This document shows, one piece after another, positions 37,450 through 49,900 of a stretch of DNA of 64,000 nt (its first letter is position 1; every line of letters begins with the position of its first letter). The DNA is taken from the NCBI GenBank assembly GCA_963836755.1, contig CAWIKF010000001.1, positions 192,001-256,000 of the forward strand, given 5' to 3'. Position numbers and translations under genes: made by a program. The notes beneath the pieces were generated by a model. That model ran no database searches. It was not told the DNA's origin and worked only from the letters and a program-made list of their open reading frames with translations. Source of the DNA: an uncultured Verrucomicrobiae bacterium. GTDB taxonomy: Bacteria; Verrucomicrobiota; Verrucomicrobiia; Chthoniobacterales; Chthoniobacteraceae.

Positions 37450-40400
37450 ATGAACCAATCTTCGATCTCGAATTCCGTCTCCATCAACCTCTCAGCCTCC
37501 AAAAGCAGAATGAAATACAAGCAATCCTTCGCCCTCAAGCTCCGCAACCGCGTCGCAGCGGTCATCGCCACCACCGCCGCGATCACGATGTCCAGCCACT
37601 CGGCTCACGCGCAGAATACGGTGGACAATTACACCGGCACCACGACCGGAAACGTCACTACGCCTGGCAACTGGAGCTTGAACGCGGTCCCTGTCATTAC
37701 CAATGATGCCGTTTTCCCAGTCGGCGCCGCCACCGGCGTTAGGAATTTCAGCGTAGGCAACGGCGCCTCTGTGGGACCGAGCTTGGTGGTTGGTTCGCTG
37801 GACGATTTATCCACAGGAACCACGGTCACGATCCAGAACGTTACGACCTCTGCCTCCGCTGTCACCATTACCTTGGGCGGTGCGGGTAATCTTGGAAATT
37901 CTGTCAGCGGAACCGCCGCCGATTTGTTTTACGTTGCGACGGGCGGAACTTTCAACATTACGGGCACTGGCGGCACTGGTGCCACCCTCGGCCTCGTTCT
38001 CGGCCAATCGGGTAATTTTGATGTCGCCGGCACCTCGACCATCACTTCGATCATCAGCGATGGCGGAAACGCCTTTGCGATCACCAAAACGGGCGCTGGC
38101 ACCCTGACGCTCTCGGGTGTCAATACCTTCTCCGGCGGATTCACCGTCGGCGCGGGCACTGTGACTTTCGGCGGCAATGCTGCCAATCTGGGGGCCGGCG
38201 CGATCGGTCTCGGCATAGCCTCCGGCTCTACGAACGCGATCCTGCAGTATAATACGGGGGGGGTCAACACGTTCACTAATGCGGTCAATGTCAACGCAAC
38301 TTCCGGTGGGACGCTGGAAATCTTGAACAGTTCCGGTTCTGTAAACTTCTCGGGGCCGGTGACGCTAGCCAACAACCTGCTGTTGGTGAATACCAACGGC
38401 ACCACCACAAATACCCTGACGCTCAGCGGGAATATCACTGGCACGGGTAATATCACCGCCAGCGCTACGACTGGAGCGCCCATCATTCTTACTGGAACGA
38501 ACTCTTACATCGGCACCACGACCCTGACGGCGAACAACTTGTATGCGGAGAATACAGGAGCGACAAATGTCGATAAGGCACTCAGCACGGGCACAGTGAT
38601 TTTGAATGGCGGCAGTCTCTTTCTGAAAGCCGACGGCAGCGGCAATGCTCAAACGATCATCACGGGCGACGGGACGACGGGCAACAACGTCACGGTGGGC
38701 GGAAACACGACCATTGACGTCAATAAGCTGGTAGCGGCCAACACCGGAAATACTTTTGTGCTCAACAACCTGAGCATTGGCGCAAACACACTCAACGTCA
38801 CAGGCGGGAGCAGCTACGCGCTGAAGTTCGCGGGCACGACGACCTTGACGGGCAACGCCACATTCAGCCCCAGCACGGCGAACCTCACTTTGACCGGCGT
38901 TATCGGCGACGGCGGCAGCGGATTCACGCTCACGAAAACCGGAGCAGGCACACTGTCGCTAGCCGGCGCGAATACCTACAGCGGCTTGACCACGGTTTCC
39001 GCCGGAACGCTCTCGCTGGCGGGTGGCACCATTGCCAACAGCAACGTCAGCCTCGGTTCAGCCACCTTCCAGGTTCTGAATGATGGTGCAGGCAGCAATG
39101 GGACGATCAGTCTCGGCAATAACGTCACTGTTAATGGAGCGACTACGACGGATACCATCAATGTCGGCAACAACGGCAGCGGGAACACTGGCAATACTGT
39201 GGCGTTCGGCGCGTTGAGCAACGGAACACCCGCTCAAGGTAACGCGGTCACGATCAATTTTACCGGCGCCAATGGCTACTTGGAAAGCTTCAGCAGTCTG
39301 GCACTGACCGGCGGTGGGGGTCAAGGAACCACCTTAAATCCGACGAGCACCTCGGTCACCATCCTGGGCAATGTCACCAATCAGATTACCACCAATCCGC
39401 CGACGGGAAAATTTGACACTCTGGTCCTCAGCGGCACCAGCTCGGGCAATGCGATCAATGGTGTCATCGCCGACAACGCCAACTACACCTCGGTCGGCAA
39501 CGGAGACACTCGAGTCACCATGACCGGCACCGGCTCGTGGACGCTCGGCGGCGCGAACACCTACCACGGTCCCACGACCGTCAACAACGGCACTCTCAAG
39601 TTGGGTCTCACCAATGCCATTCCGACGGCCAGTGCGCTCACGGTTTCGGGCTCGGGTGCGGGAGTGACCGCCATTCTCGATTTGGCGGGCTTCGATGAGA
39701 CCAACAGCAGCCTGAGCTTGGGCGGCAGCACCGCTACCAGCGGCGCGACTGTCACGAACTCCACTGGCAGCAGCACGCTCAAACTCACGGCCGGTGCGAC
39801 TTATTCGGCCACCAACAATCCGCTGGGTGCCACGATTTCCACCACCACCCTCGACCTGAACGGCGCGGCGCAGACCTTTACCGTTGGCGACAGCACCACG
39901 GCGCCATTTGATCTCTCCATTTCCTCCGTCATTCAGAACGGCTCTCTCATCAAAGCAGGCTCCGGCGTCCTCGCTCTGAGCGGCGCGAATACCTATGCTG
40001 GGGGAACGTCGGTTACTGCCGGCACTCTCGACTTTCAAAAGACGGCGGCGAAGCCGGTGGCCGGAACCACCACCGTCTCCAGCGGCGCCACTCTGGGACT
40101 CGGGGTGGGAGGAGCGGGATTTTTTGGTGCGGCGGATGTGAATGCCTATCTGACGAATACACTTTCCGGCGTGAGCGCATCTCGGAATCTCGCGATCGAT
40201 ACGACAGCCGGTGACTTTAGCCTGGGAGGCCTCGCCCTCCCGAATGGTTTGCGCTCTATCGCCAAGCTGGGCGCCAATACCTTGAATCTGGGCGGGATTA
40301 CTCGCACTCTGGGGATTTTGAATTTGCCGAACGCGACCGGTGCGGTCACGACCACGAACAGCAATGACGCAAGCGGCATCCTCGGGCCTTGGGCGACCAT

Positions 40401-43400
40401 CGGCACCGGTGCATCGATCAGCTACGCGGTGGCCAACGGCGGCAGCACCCCCATCAGTGCGTTGCCTGTCGCCTCGCAGACGGGTCTAGGGAACGCAGGA
40501 GGAGGCACGGTGGACATCACGAACTTCATCGATAACACCGGCAGCAAAACATTCACGGCGAATGTGGCGGCCAATACTATCGAGAATAGCTTTGCCGGCG
40601 TGACGCTGGCCAACGGCGGCTTCAGCGTGACCACGAACGGCATCCTCGACCTGACCGGCACAACGTTCAGCGGGGCCGGACATATGAAGGCCGGTGCGAC
40701 CAAGGAACTCGACATCATCAACACGAACGTGACCACGACGATCAGCTCGGTCATCGAGGATTCGGCGTCTGGCCCATCGTCGTTGGTTTTTGCCGGCGTC
40801 GGCGGGGGCACCCTGGTTCTTGGTGGAACTACTAATACCTACACTGGCAAGACCTTGATCACCAACGGCACCATTTCCATCTCCGTTGAGGCTGCTCTCG
40901 GTGCTACGCCGGTTTCAGCCGTGGCTGACGAGATTACTCTCGATAACGGCACTCTCCTCGTGACGGGTTCGGGCAATCAAGTTATACTGACCGCAAACCG
41001 GGGGATCACCCTCGGAACCTACGGTGGAACTTTGAATCCTGGCTCCAACAATGCCAGCCTCACGGTGAATGGCGTCATCACCGGCTCTGGCTCGCTGACT
41101 ATTAATGGGAGTAACGCCAGCGGTCGCTTTTTTACTCTTGGTGGTGCGAATACTTACACTGGCGACACCAGTATTCAAAACTCTACCGTGCTGAATGTGA
41201 ATACTGCGACAGCCTTCGGCGTTGGCGGCACGGTGTCCGTTGGCTCCTCCGGAAGTAACCTCACTCCTAATATCAAGATCGGTAACTTCACTGTCGCAAA
41301 CGCGATTTCGGTGACCGCGGGTGGAGGGCGCAATTTCCTCGCCGTTGGAGCAACGAGCGGTCTGAGCGGTGCGATCGCATTGGTCGGTGGAGCGACGAAT
41401 CCCACCTTGAATCTGGGCATTAGCGGCAACAATGAGACGTTTAACATCACCGGCGGAGTGACCGGCACGGGGAACATTTCCCTGGGTTCTGGATCGTCTG
41501 CCGTGACTGGCGCGCAAATCAATCTCAGCGGGGGCGCGATCAACAATATCGGCACGATCACCAATGTGGGGGTCGTTACTTCGGGCACATACACCATCAG
41601 CGCCAATATCGGCTCGAATGTCACGGGCGTGATCCAGAACAGCAGTGCGGTTCCTCTGGTATTGAGCGGAGTGAACACCTACACCGGCGCGACCGCCATC
41701 AATAGCGGCAAACTCCGCTTGACCGGTTCGCTGACGAGCGCGGTAACGGTGGGCAATGACTCAGCCACCACGGCCATCTTCTCTGGCACGGGCACGACAA
41801 CGGGCTTGGTGACCACTTTCACCAATGGAGCGAACGTTGCCTACCTCGCCCCTGGCGTGAATGTCAGCGGCACCCGCACCGACTTCGGTGCAGCCGGCAC
41901 GCTGCACCTGAACAATGGGTTGACTATCGGCAACGGGACGCAGCTTGATTACGACTTGGGCACCTCGCAGGATTTGATCGCCGGCAGCGGCGCTCTTAGC
42001 CTTGGCACCGGAGTCACTGTCAACGTTGCCGATCTTGGTGGCCTGGCGACAGGCACCGCTTACACCCTGATCAGTGGCTTCGGCTCCCACAGCGGTGACG
42101 TGAGCACATGGACGGCGGCTGGCACGGCACCCGCCGGCACGACGGGCTACACCTTTGCTCTTAGCGGCAACGACGTGACGCTGAAATTCATCGGGGCGGC
42201 GGCGACTGCGACCAGCTACTCGCTCGCAGCGGTGGCGGCGAACAACAATGTGCTCGTCAACCACGCCACAGGAGTCACCAGCACGATCACCAACACCGGC
42301 ACCGGCACGGCGGATACGCTCGACTACACCGGCTTGAGCGCAAGCGCGACCGGCGGCACGATCACCGGGGCGGCGACCAATGGCGGCCCGCTGGCGCTAG
42401 GCGCGAGCGGCAGCAACTCCGGGTTGACCTACAACGCGGGAGCCACCAGCGGCACCTACGCAATTGCGGTCACCCCGACCGTGGGCACCGCCACCAATGA
42501 CACCATCGGCGGCAGCGCTTCCAACAGCGGCACGACGACACAGGCGGTGACGGTGTATGACGCCGCCTCGCTCAGTGGCAGCGGGCTCAACGTGGCCAAC
42601 GCCGCGGGAACTTTCCGCGCCTCGGCCGCGGTGACTTCCGAGAGCTTCAATGGCCAGGCTGGCTTCACGGCCGCCGGCGGCCTTGTTGGCACGCAGATCG
42701 ACGCAGGCACCTCCACGGCAGCGGCGACCTTCGACAGCACCGGCAAACTCAACGGCACCTATAACACCACCGCCACCATCGGCTTCAACGATGTGACCAG
42801 CGGCAGCGCAGCCATCGCAGGCGGCACGGGTGACAGCGCTACGGGCATCGCCCTTTCGGCGACGGTCACCGGCAAGACCAACAACGGCAGCGCCACGGTG
42901 CTCGCGGGACAAAGCTACGCGGGCTACGGATTGACCAGCTCCGGCTTTGCCCAGAGCCCGACCACGGCCACGCTCCTCGACGGTCACGCCGGCGTGGGCA
43001 ACACAGGCCCTCTCTCCGATGGGCTGGATCACACCGTCGTCATGGCCTTCTCGAACGGGGTCGGCGGCGAACCGAACGACGCGAGCAAGCTGAGCGATGT
43101 GCTGACCTTGACCGGCACCAACACCGACAAGTTCGTGCTGCAACTCACCTACACCGGCACACCGGCCCAAGGCACTCCGTTCCTCGCCTACTACAGCGCG
43201 GCCTACGGCGGCTATGTCAACGCGATTGCAGGCAACAGCAGCGGGAACATGACCCCGTTCGGCGGAGCCGCATACGGAGAAATCGCAGGCGCCTATGATC
43301 CGAACAACGACTTCGTGCTCGGCGACTACGGGTTTGATGCCGCCAACCACACCGCGTGGGCAGTGCTCGATCACAATAGCGACTACGAAGTCATCCCCGA

Positions 43401-43491
43401 GTCCAGCACTTGGGCATCACTCGCAGCCGGCTTCAGCACGCTCATCGTGTGGCAGCGCGGACGCCGCCGGAAGTCAGTGCGCCTGAGCTAA
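37450..43491 (+). CDS. Surface protein C (2013 aa): PATR repeats with PEP-CTERM-like tail
   Basis: Extended signal peptide; multiple KTGAGTL..GANTY repeats; tail IPESSTWASLAAGFSTLIVWQRGRRRK. Confidence 0.92.
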   Translation: MNQSSISNSVSINLSASKSRMKYKQSFALKLRNRVAAVIATTAAITMSSHSAHAQNTVDNYTGTTTGNVTTPGNWSLNAVPVITNDAVFPVGAATGVRNFSVGNGASVGPSLVVGSLDDLSTGTTVTIQNVTTSASAVTITLGGAGNLGNSVSGTAADLFYVATGGTFNITGTGGTGATLGLVLGQSGNFDVAGTSTITSIISDGGNAFAITKTGAGTLTLSGVNTFSGGFTVGAGTVTFGGNAANLGAGAIGLGIASGSTNAILQYNTGGVNTFTNAVNVNATSGGTLEILNSSGSVNFSGPVTLANNLLLVNTNGTTTNTLTLSGNITGTGNITASATTGAPIILTGTNSYIGTTTLTANNLYAENTGATNVDKALSTGTVILNGGSLFLKADGSGNAQTIITGDGTTGNNVTVGGNTTIDVNKLVAANTGNTFVLNNLSIGANTLNVTGGSSYALKFAGTTTLTGNATFSPSTANLTLTGVIGDGGSGFTLTKTGAGTLSLAGANTYSGLTTVSAGTLSLAGGTIANSNVSLGSATFQVLNDGAGSNGTISLGNNVTVNGATTTDTINVGNNGSGNTGNTVAFGALSNGTPAQGNAVTINFTGANGYLESFSSLALTGGGGQGTTLNPTSTSVTILGNVTNQITTNPPTGKFDTLVLSGTSSGNAINGVIADNANYTSVGNGDTRVTMTGTGSWTLGGANTYHGPTTVNNGTLKLGLTNAIPTASALTVSGSGAGVTAILDLAGFDETNSSLSLGGSTATSGATVTNSTGSSTLKLTAGATYSATNNPLGATISTTTLDLNGAAQTFTVGDSTTAPFDLSISSVIQNGSLIKAGSGVLALSGANTYAGGTSVTAGTLDFQKTAAKPVAGTTTVSSGATLGLGVGGAGFFGAADVNAYLTNTLSGVSASRNLAIDTTAGDFSLGGLALPNGLRSIAKLGANTLNLGGITRTLGILNLPNATGAVTTTNSNDASGILGPWATIGTGASISYAVANGGSTPISALPVASQTGLGNAGGGTVDITNFIDNTGSKTFTANVAANTIENSFAGVTLANGGFSVTTNGILDLTGTTFSGAGHMKAGATKELDIINTNVTTTISSVIEDSASGPSSLVFAGVGGGTLVLGGTTNTYTGKTLITNGTISISVEAALGATPVSAVADEITLDNGTLLVTGSGNQVILTANRGITLGTYGGTLNPGSNNASLTVNGVITGSGSLTINGSNASGRFFTLGGANTYTGDTSIQNSTVLNVNTATAFGVGGTVSVGSSGSNLTPNIKIGNFTVANAISVTAGGGRNFLAVGATSGLSGAIALVGGATNPTLNLGISGNNETFNITGGVTGTGNISLGSGSSAVTGAQINLSGGAINNIGTITNVGVVTSGTYTISANIGSNVTGVIQNSSAVPLVLSGVNTYTGATAINSGKLRLTGSLTSAVTVGNDSATTAIFSGTGTTTGLVTTFTNGANVAYLAPGVNVSGTRTDFGAAGTLHLNNGLTIGNGTQLDYDLGTSQDLIAGSGALSLGTGVTVNVADLGGLATGTAYTLISGFGSHSGDVSTWTAAGTAPAGTTGYTFALSGNDVTLKFIGAAATATSYSLAAVAANNNVLVNHATGVTSTITNTGTGTADTLDYTGLSASATGGTITGAATNGGPLALGASGSNSGLTYNAGATSGTYAIAVTPTVGTATNDTIGGSASNSGTTTQAVTVYDAASLSGSGLNVANAAGTFRASAAVTSESFNGQAGFTAAGGLVGTQIDAGTSTAAATFDSTGKLNGTYNTTATIGFNDVTSGSAAIAGGTGDSATGIALSATVTGKTNNGSATVLAGQSYAGYGLTSSGFAQSPTTATLLDGHAGVGNTGPLSDGLDHTVVMAFSNGVGGEPNDASKLSDVLTLTGTNTDKFVLQLTYTGTPAQGTPFLAYYSAAYGGYVNAIAGNSSGNMTPFGGAAYGEIAGAYDPNNDFVLGDYGFDAANHTAWAVLDHNSDYEVIPESSTWASLAAGFSTLIVWQRGRRRKSVRLS

Positions 43492-43515
43492 GGCGACAGT
43501 CGCAACCATTACTCC

Positions 43516-43556
43516 AAAAAGCGCCGCAGTTCGAAAGACTGCGGCTCTTTTTTTTT
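43516..43556 (+). terminator. Intrinsic terminator after gene C
   Basis: GCGCCGCAGT-tcgaaag-ACTGCGGCTC plus T-run. Confidence 0.85.
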
Positions 43557-43841
43557 GCGCTGAGTAAGAACGGCCTGCTCGCCGCTCTGAGCGCTGGCGA
43601 TTTTTACCGACTCTCTTTCCCACACGGTCCTTCCAATCGAGTAGCGCTGTTTTGTCCGGAAGATAACGGAAATGTCACAAAAAGGACGCTGACACAACGC
43701 CACAAAATCTCGTTTTCTTAGCGCTCGATCGCCGCGCGCCGCTTTTCTCGCCGACTTTTTATCTCCCGCGGAGCCTGTCTGGACAGAGTAATTGCGTCGA
43801 TTCCAGCCAAATCACCCATCGTTTCCGGTGTCGCCAAAAAA

Positions 43842-43896
43842 ATGTCACAAAAAAGTGAAAAAATTATTTGACACCCATTTTTCCCTCCGCTATCTT
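43842..43896 (+). promoter_or_regulatory. Sigma-70 promoter of gene D with upstream TCAC-N6-GTGA site
   Basis: TTGACA(43868)-17 nt-TATCTT(43891). Confidence 0.75.
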
Positions 43897-43940
43897 CCAT
43901 CCCAGCAGCCCCCATTTTAATTAAAAACCTCCCGTTTCAA

Positions 43941-46900
43941 ATGAACCAATCTTCCATCTCCAATTCAGTTTCCGCCAACCTCCTCATCAAAACCTCCAAA
44001 AACAAAATGAAATACAAGCAATCCTTCGCCCTCAAGCTCCGCAACCGCGTCGCAGCGGTCATCGCTACCACCGCCGCATTCTCGATGTCTGCGCAGGCGG
44101 CAGATACCACCACTTCTTCGTGGCTCGGCGGAACGACCAACTGGTCAACCTCCGCGGGGAACTGGAGCGCCGGCGTGCCTTCTGCAACGATCAGCGCGAA
44201 GTTTGACGGGACTTTCACGAACCAGCCGACCCTCACCGCGGCTTCTACGGCACAGGGAATCTGGTTGGCCACTGGCGATGCCCAGGATGTGACGATCAAT
44301 GCGGCTTCTGCCTTCACGCTCAGCTTGACCGGCACGGCCACCTTAAATAGTCAGACCAATGCCGGTATCATCATGACCGATACGGCGAATCACAACCTCA
44401 CGATCGGGCCGAACGTGAGCATCACGCTGTCCAACCCTACTGGTTTTTATAACAATGAAGCGACGGGTCTCCTGACGGTCTCTGGCGGTTTAAACACGAA
44501 TGCGAAAGCCCTGGCCATTGCTGGCACGGGTGCCACGACCCTCTCCGGTGTTGTTAGCGGCAGCGGTGCAATTACCATCAGTAACGGCGGCACGGTGACG
44601 ATTTCGAACATCACTGACTCCTATAGCGGCCAGCTCACCGTTCAGAACGGCAAGTTGAAGATCGATACGATCAATAACACGAGCGCGAATGGTGAATTGG
44701 GTAACAATGCGCTTGCTGTCATCCTGGGCAATACGGGCGGCCAGACCGGCACGCTGGACTACACCGGCGTCACGGCAGCGAGCAGTAAGAAATTCACGAT
44801 GGCCACCGGCGGCACCGGCGCTTTCCAGATCGATACAGCGGCGGCTGTCCTCACACTCAGCGGCGTGATTGACGGCGGCGGCGCGCTCACCAAGACAGGT
44901 GGCGACACCGCGAGCGTGCTCCTTCTCTCGGGTGGAAACTCCTACAGTGGTGGTTTGAATGTCGTCACCGGCACGGTGAAGCTCGGCAATACCACCGGCT
45001 CGGGTGCCGCGACAAACATCGTCTCCGTCGGCACGGGTGCGACTTTCGATATCGCGACTTTCTCGCCAACCATCGGCGGTTTGACCGGATTGGGAACGGT
45101 GACCAATAGCAGCACAGCGGGCACGCTGACCATCAACTCCACGACCACCAACACCTTTGGCGGCGTGATCACGGCAGTCACCCCTGCCAACCTCTTGCTG
45201 ACCAAAAGCGGTTCGGGAACTCAAATCCTGACCGGCGCGAACACCTACACTGGCGCGACCACCATCAATGCGGGCATTCTGCAATTGAGCGGCGCAACCG
45301 GTGCCTTGGCGCTTTCCGCCACGGCCCCGGCGTTGAACGGCGGCTCTTTGATCCTGGATAACACCGGTGCTGCCAGCAACAACAACAACCGTATCGCCGA
45401 TACACAGGCACTCGCGCTCAACGGCGGCAACTTCGTTTACAAAGGTTCCGATCAAGGGGCCACCAACTCCACGGAGACCATCCAAAACCTCAGCGGCACT
45501 GGCAATTCCACCATCACGGTCTCCTTCGGCGGCACGAACGGGGCTACTCTCACGGCGGGAACCTTTACGCACGCAGCGGGCAATGCCACCGATATGGTCA
45601 ACGGTGTAAACCTTGGCAAAAACTCGACGGATGCCGCGAGCTTCGCCCGTTTCATCAGCACTGCGCCGACTCTGACCGGCACGACGAACGCCCTCACGAC
45701 GGGCATCAATTCCGCTGTCAAGAACACGAAAATCGTTCCGTTCCTGGTGGGCGAAGCGACTTCGACCACTGGCGGCTTGGGAACGGCCACCGGCACGGCG
45801 AATACTTTTGTCACCTACATTGCCGGCAGTGGCTATCGCCCGTTGAACCCGACCGACGAGTTCACCAACAACGCCATCACGGCAGGCACTAACACTTACG
45901 TCACCACGGGGGCTACCAACACCGCCAATACCTCGATCAATTCCCTCGTCATCAATGGCGGTGACGTGACGGTCAACGACGGCTTCACCCTCACGAACAC
46001 CAGCGGCGCCTTGCTCTTTGCTTCGTCGAACAGCATCAAACCCAGCGGCACGACCGGCCTCTACACGGGTTCTGCGGAAAACCAGATCACGGTGAATTCC
46101 GCTGTGACCGGCACCATCAGCGCGATTGTGAGCGGCTCGCAAGCCCTCACCAAGAGCGGCGCGGGCACGCTGGTGCTCAGCGGGGCGAACACCTATAACG
46201 GCGCCACGACCCTCGCCGCGGGCACGCTGAACCTTAGCAATGCGCTGGCTCTGCAAAACAGCACCTTGACGTATAGCACCGCCGGCACATCGCTGGTATT
46301 CGATGCAGCGGGCGGCACCGCCTTTACCCTTGGTGGCCTGACCACGGGCAACAACATTCTTTTAGCTAATAATGGTTCAGCTGCAATCAACTTGACCGTG
46401 GGCGGCAACAACAGCTCGACGACCATTGGTGGTGTCCTCTCGGGCACGGGCGGCTCGCTGACGAAGACTGGCACTGGCACGCTGACTCTGGGTGCAGCGA
46501 ATACCTACACCGGCGCGACGGTCGTCAATGGGGGCAAACTCTACCTGCAAAATGGTGCGACGCTCAAGTTCAGCTCCTCTGTCACTGCGACCGGAACCGG
46601 CTTGCTCGCGATGAACAACGGCAGTGAAAGCGGCCAGTTTGCGGCGGGAGTGGTAATCCAGGGCACTGGTGGCTTTAGCAACGAGATCAACAACCCGAAT
46701 ACCAACGTAACTTTAGACCGGGACAATACTTATACCGGGCAGACGACATGGGGATCTCGAGGTGTCACCGCAGCGGGCGTGGTCTCAAAATACGACGTCA
46801 GCGGCAACCAGATCAGCGGTGCCTTTGGCGTCAATTCAAAGATTAATTTTGCCGCCCAGCCGTCTACGTTGCTTTTAAGCGGCAATAACAACCAGGTTGG

Positions 46901-49900
46901 GTCGCTGTCCGGGACGCCCGGCGGCGGAGGTGGCGTGCTGCTGCGTGGTGCAACCATCACGATCGGCGGAGACAACACAGACGCCACCTACACCGGGCCT
47001 ATTACCAATAACTATTTACCGGGCACCGATCAAAACGGCAACGGCAGCACTGGCCAAGTTGCAGGCGGTAATGTCATCAAGATCGGCACCGGCACGCAGA
47101 CCATCGTTTCAACCAACAACCCCAGCGGCTATGAGGGGACAACGACCATCAAGGGCGGTGTGCTGAGCATCAATGTGCTGGGAACCAACGGGGATACTGC
47201 TAACAACCCAAATGGAACGAGCGGCTATGTGACCGCGACGACTACGATCGTCAACACCACGACACTTACGGTTGCGAGCGGCACGACGGGTTTGGTTAAA
47301 GGTATGAGTGTATTCGATCTCCAGTCGCTTGGTAACGGAGCGAAAATCACCAATCTCGTGGACAACGGCACGACTATCACGATTACCTTATCCGCCGGTC
47401 TTAATGCGGGCGTTACTGGAACCAAAACCAATGTAAACTATGGTTTTGGCAGCGGCATCGGCCTTGCCGGTCCCGCCGCATCCACCCTCGTCCTTGACGG
47501 CGGCACGCTGCGATACACGGGTGTGGCGACCACCACCGACCGTCTCTTCACCGTCGGCTCCACGGTCGCTGGCGCGACGGGAACACTCGATGCCTCTACC
47601 GGGGGGGCTATCACCTTCGGCAACACTGGCGCAATCGCCTACGGGACGATCGATCAAACCCGCACGCTCGGCCTCACTGGCAGCACTGCCGGGAACATCT
47701 TCAATCCCCTGATTGGCGACAATGGCGCGGGTGCAGTTAGCGTGCTCAAATCGGGCACGGGTTCCTGGACGCTCACGAACACGGGCAACGCCTACACTGG
47801 TGGAACCACCGTCAACGCCGGCATCCTGACTTCCGCAGTGACTGGTGGCTTCGGCGCAGGCAATGTGACCGTGAATCCGACCGGAAACACTTTGGCGGAT
47901 GCGACGACGTTAAACTCGACCGGCAGCATCGCCTCGACGGCGCTGGTCACGGTTAACAACAACGTTGCCGCCATCGGCACGGTGAACTTTAACGGCGCGG
48001 CGCCGACCATCGGCGGCTTGACCGGCAGCGGCAACGCGGTCCTCAACAACGCGACCGGAACTGCATTGACCGTGGGCAGCACGAACAACCTCGACTCGAG
48101 CTTCACAGGCGCCATCAGTGAAGGCACCGTCGGAATGGGCAGCCTCATCAAGGCGGGCACTGGCACACTGGCCTTGGGCGGCACGAATACCTACACCGGC
48201 GCGACCACGGTCGCGAACGGCAAACTCCGCTTGACCGGCTCGCTGACGAGCGCGGTAACGGTGGGAAATGATAGCGCGACCACCGCCATCTTCTCCGGCA
48301 CGGGCGCGACGAGCGGCTTGGTGACAACGTTCACCAATAACTCGAACATCGCCTACCTCGCGCCTGGCGTGAATTCCACCGGCACCCGCAGCGACTTCGG
48401 TGGGGCTGGCACGCTGCACCTGAACAATGGGTTGACCATTGGCAACGGGACTCAGCTTGATTACGACTTAGGCACCTCGCAGGATTTGATCGCCGGCAGC
48501 GGCGCTCTCTCGCTCGGCACGGGTGTCACGGTGAACGTCGCCGACCTGGGTGGCCTGACGACCGGCACGACCTACACGCTGATCAGCGGCTTTTCCGGCG
48601 TAACCGGCAGTCCGACAGGATGGACGGCGGCTGGCGCGACGCCTTCTGGCTCGACCGGCTACACCTTTGCCCTCAGCGGCAACGATGTGACACTGACCTT
48701 CAACGCTCCTGTGAGTGCGACGGCGACGACCTACTCGCTGGCAGCAGTGGCAGCGAACAACAATGTGCTCGTCAACCACACCACAGCAGTCACCAGCACG
48801 ATCACCAACACCGGCACCGGCACGGCGGATACGCTCGACTACACCGGCTTGAGCGCAAGCGCGACGGGCGGGACCATCACCGGGTCTGCGACCAACGGCG
48901 GCCCGCTGGCGCAAGGCGCGAACGGCAACAACCCCGGGTTGACCTACAACGCGGGAGCCACCAGCGGCGCCTACGCAATCACCCCGACCGTGACTACCGC
49001 AACCAACGACACGGTAGGCGGCAGCGCGAGCAGCAGCGGCACGACACCTCAAGCGGTGAACGTGTATGATGCAGCCTCGCTCAGCGGCAGCGGACTCAAC
49101 GTAGCCAACGCAGCGGGATCTCCGCTCCGCGCCTCGGCCGCAGTGACTTCTGAGACCTTGAGCGGCCAATCCGGCTTCACCGCCGCGCTGGTCCCCGGCA
49201 CCACGAAGATCGACGCGGGCACTTCCACGGCAGCGGCGACCTTCGACAACACCGGCAAGCTCAACGGCACTTATCACACAACCGCCACTGTCGGCTTTGA
49301 TAATGTGACCAGCGGCAACGCTGCCATCGCAGGCGGCGCAGGCGACAGCGCCACCGGCATCGCCCTGAGCGCCAGCGTCTCCGGCAAGACCAACACCGGC
49401 AGCGCCACGGTGCTCGCGGGACAAAGCTACGCGGGCTACGGCTTGGGCAGCACGTTTACCGACAGCACCACCGCCACGCTCCTCCAAGGCAACGCCGGCG
49501 TAGGCAACACAGGCCCTCTCTCCGATGGGCAGGATCATACCGTCAACATGGCCTTCTCCAACGGGGTCGGCGGCGAACCGAATGATGCCAGCAAGCTGAG
49601 CGACGTGCTCACCTTGACCGGCACCAACACCGACAAGTTTGTCCTGCAACTCACCTACACTGGCACACCGGCCCAAGGCACACCGTTTATCGCCTACTAC
49701 AGCGCGGCCTACGGCGGCTATGTCAACGCGATTGCCGGCAACAGCAGCGGAAACATGACCCCCTTCGGCGGACCCGCCTACGGAGAATTGACGGGTGCGT
49801 ATGATCCGAACAGCGAGTTTGTCCTCGGTGACTACGGGTTTGATTCCAACACCAACACCGCATGGGCAGTGCTCGATCACAATAGCGACTACGAAGTCAT

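Noticed and set aside
42397..49880. Long antisense ORFs (42397-43374, 44490-46256, 48468-49880)
   Set aside because: Shadow ORFs caused by the biased codon usage of the Gly/Thr/Asn-rich surface genes; no recognisable motifs.
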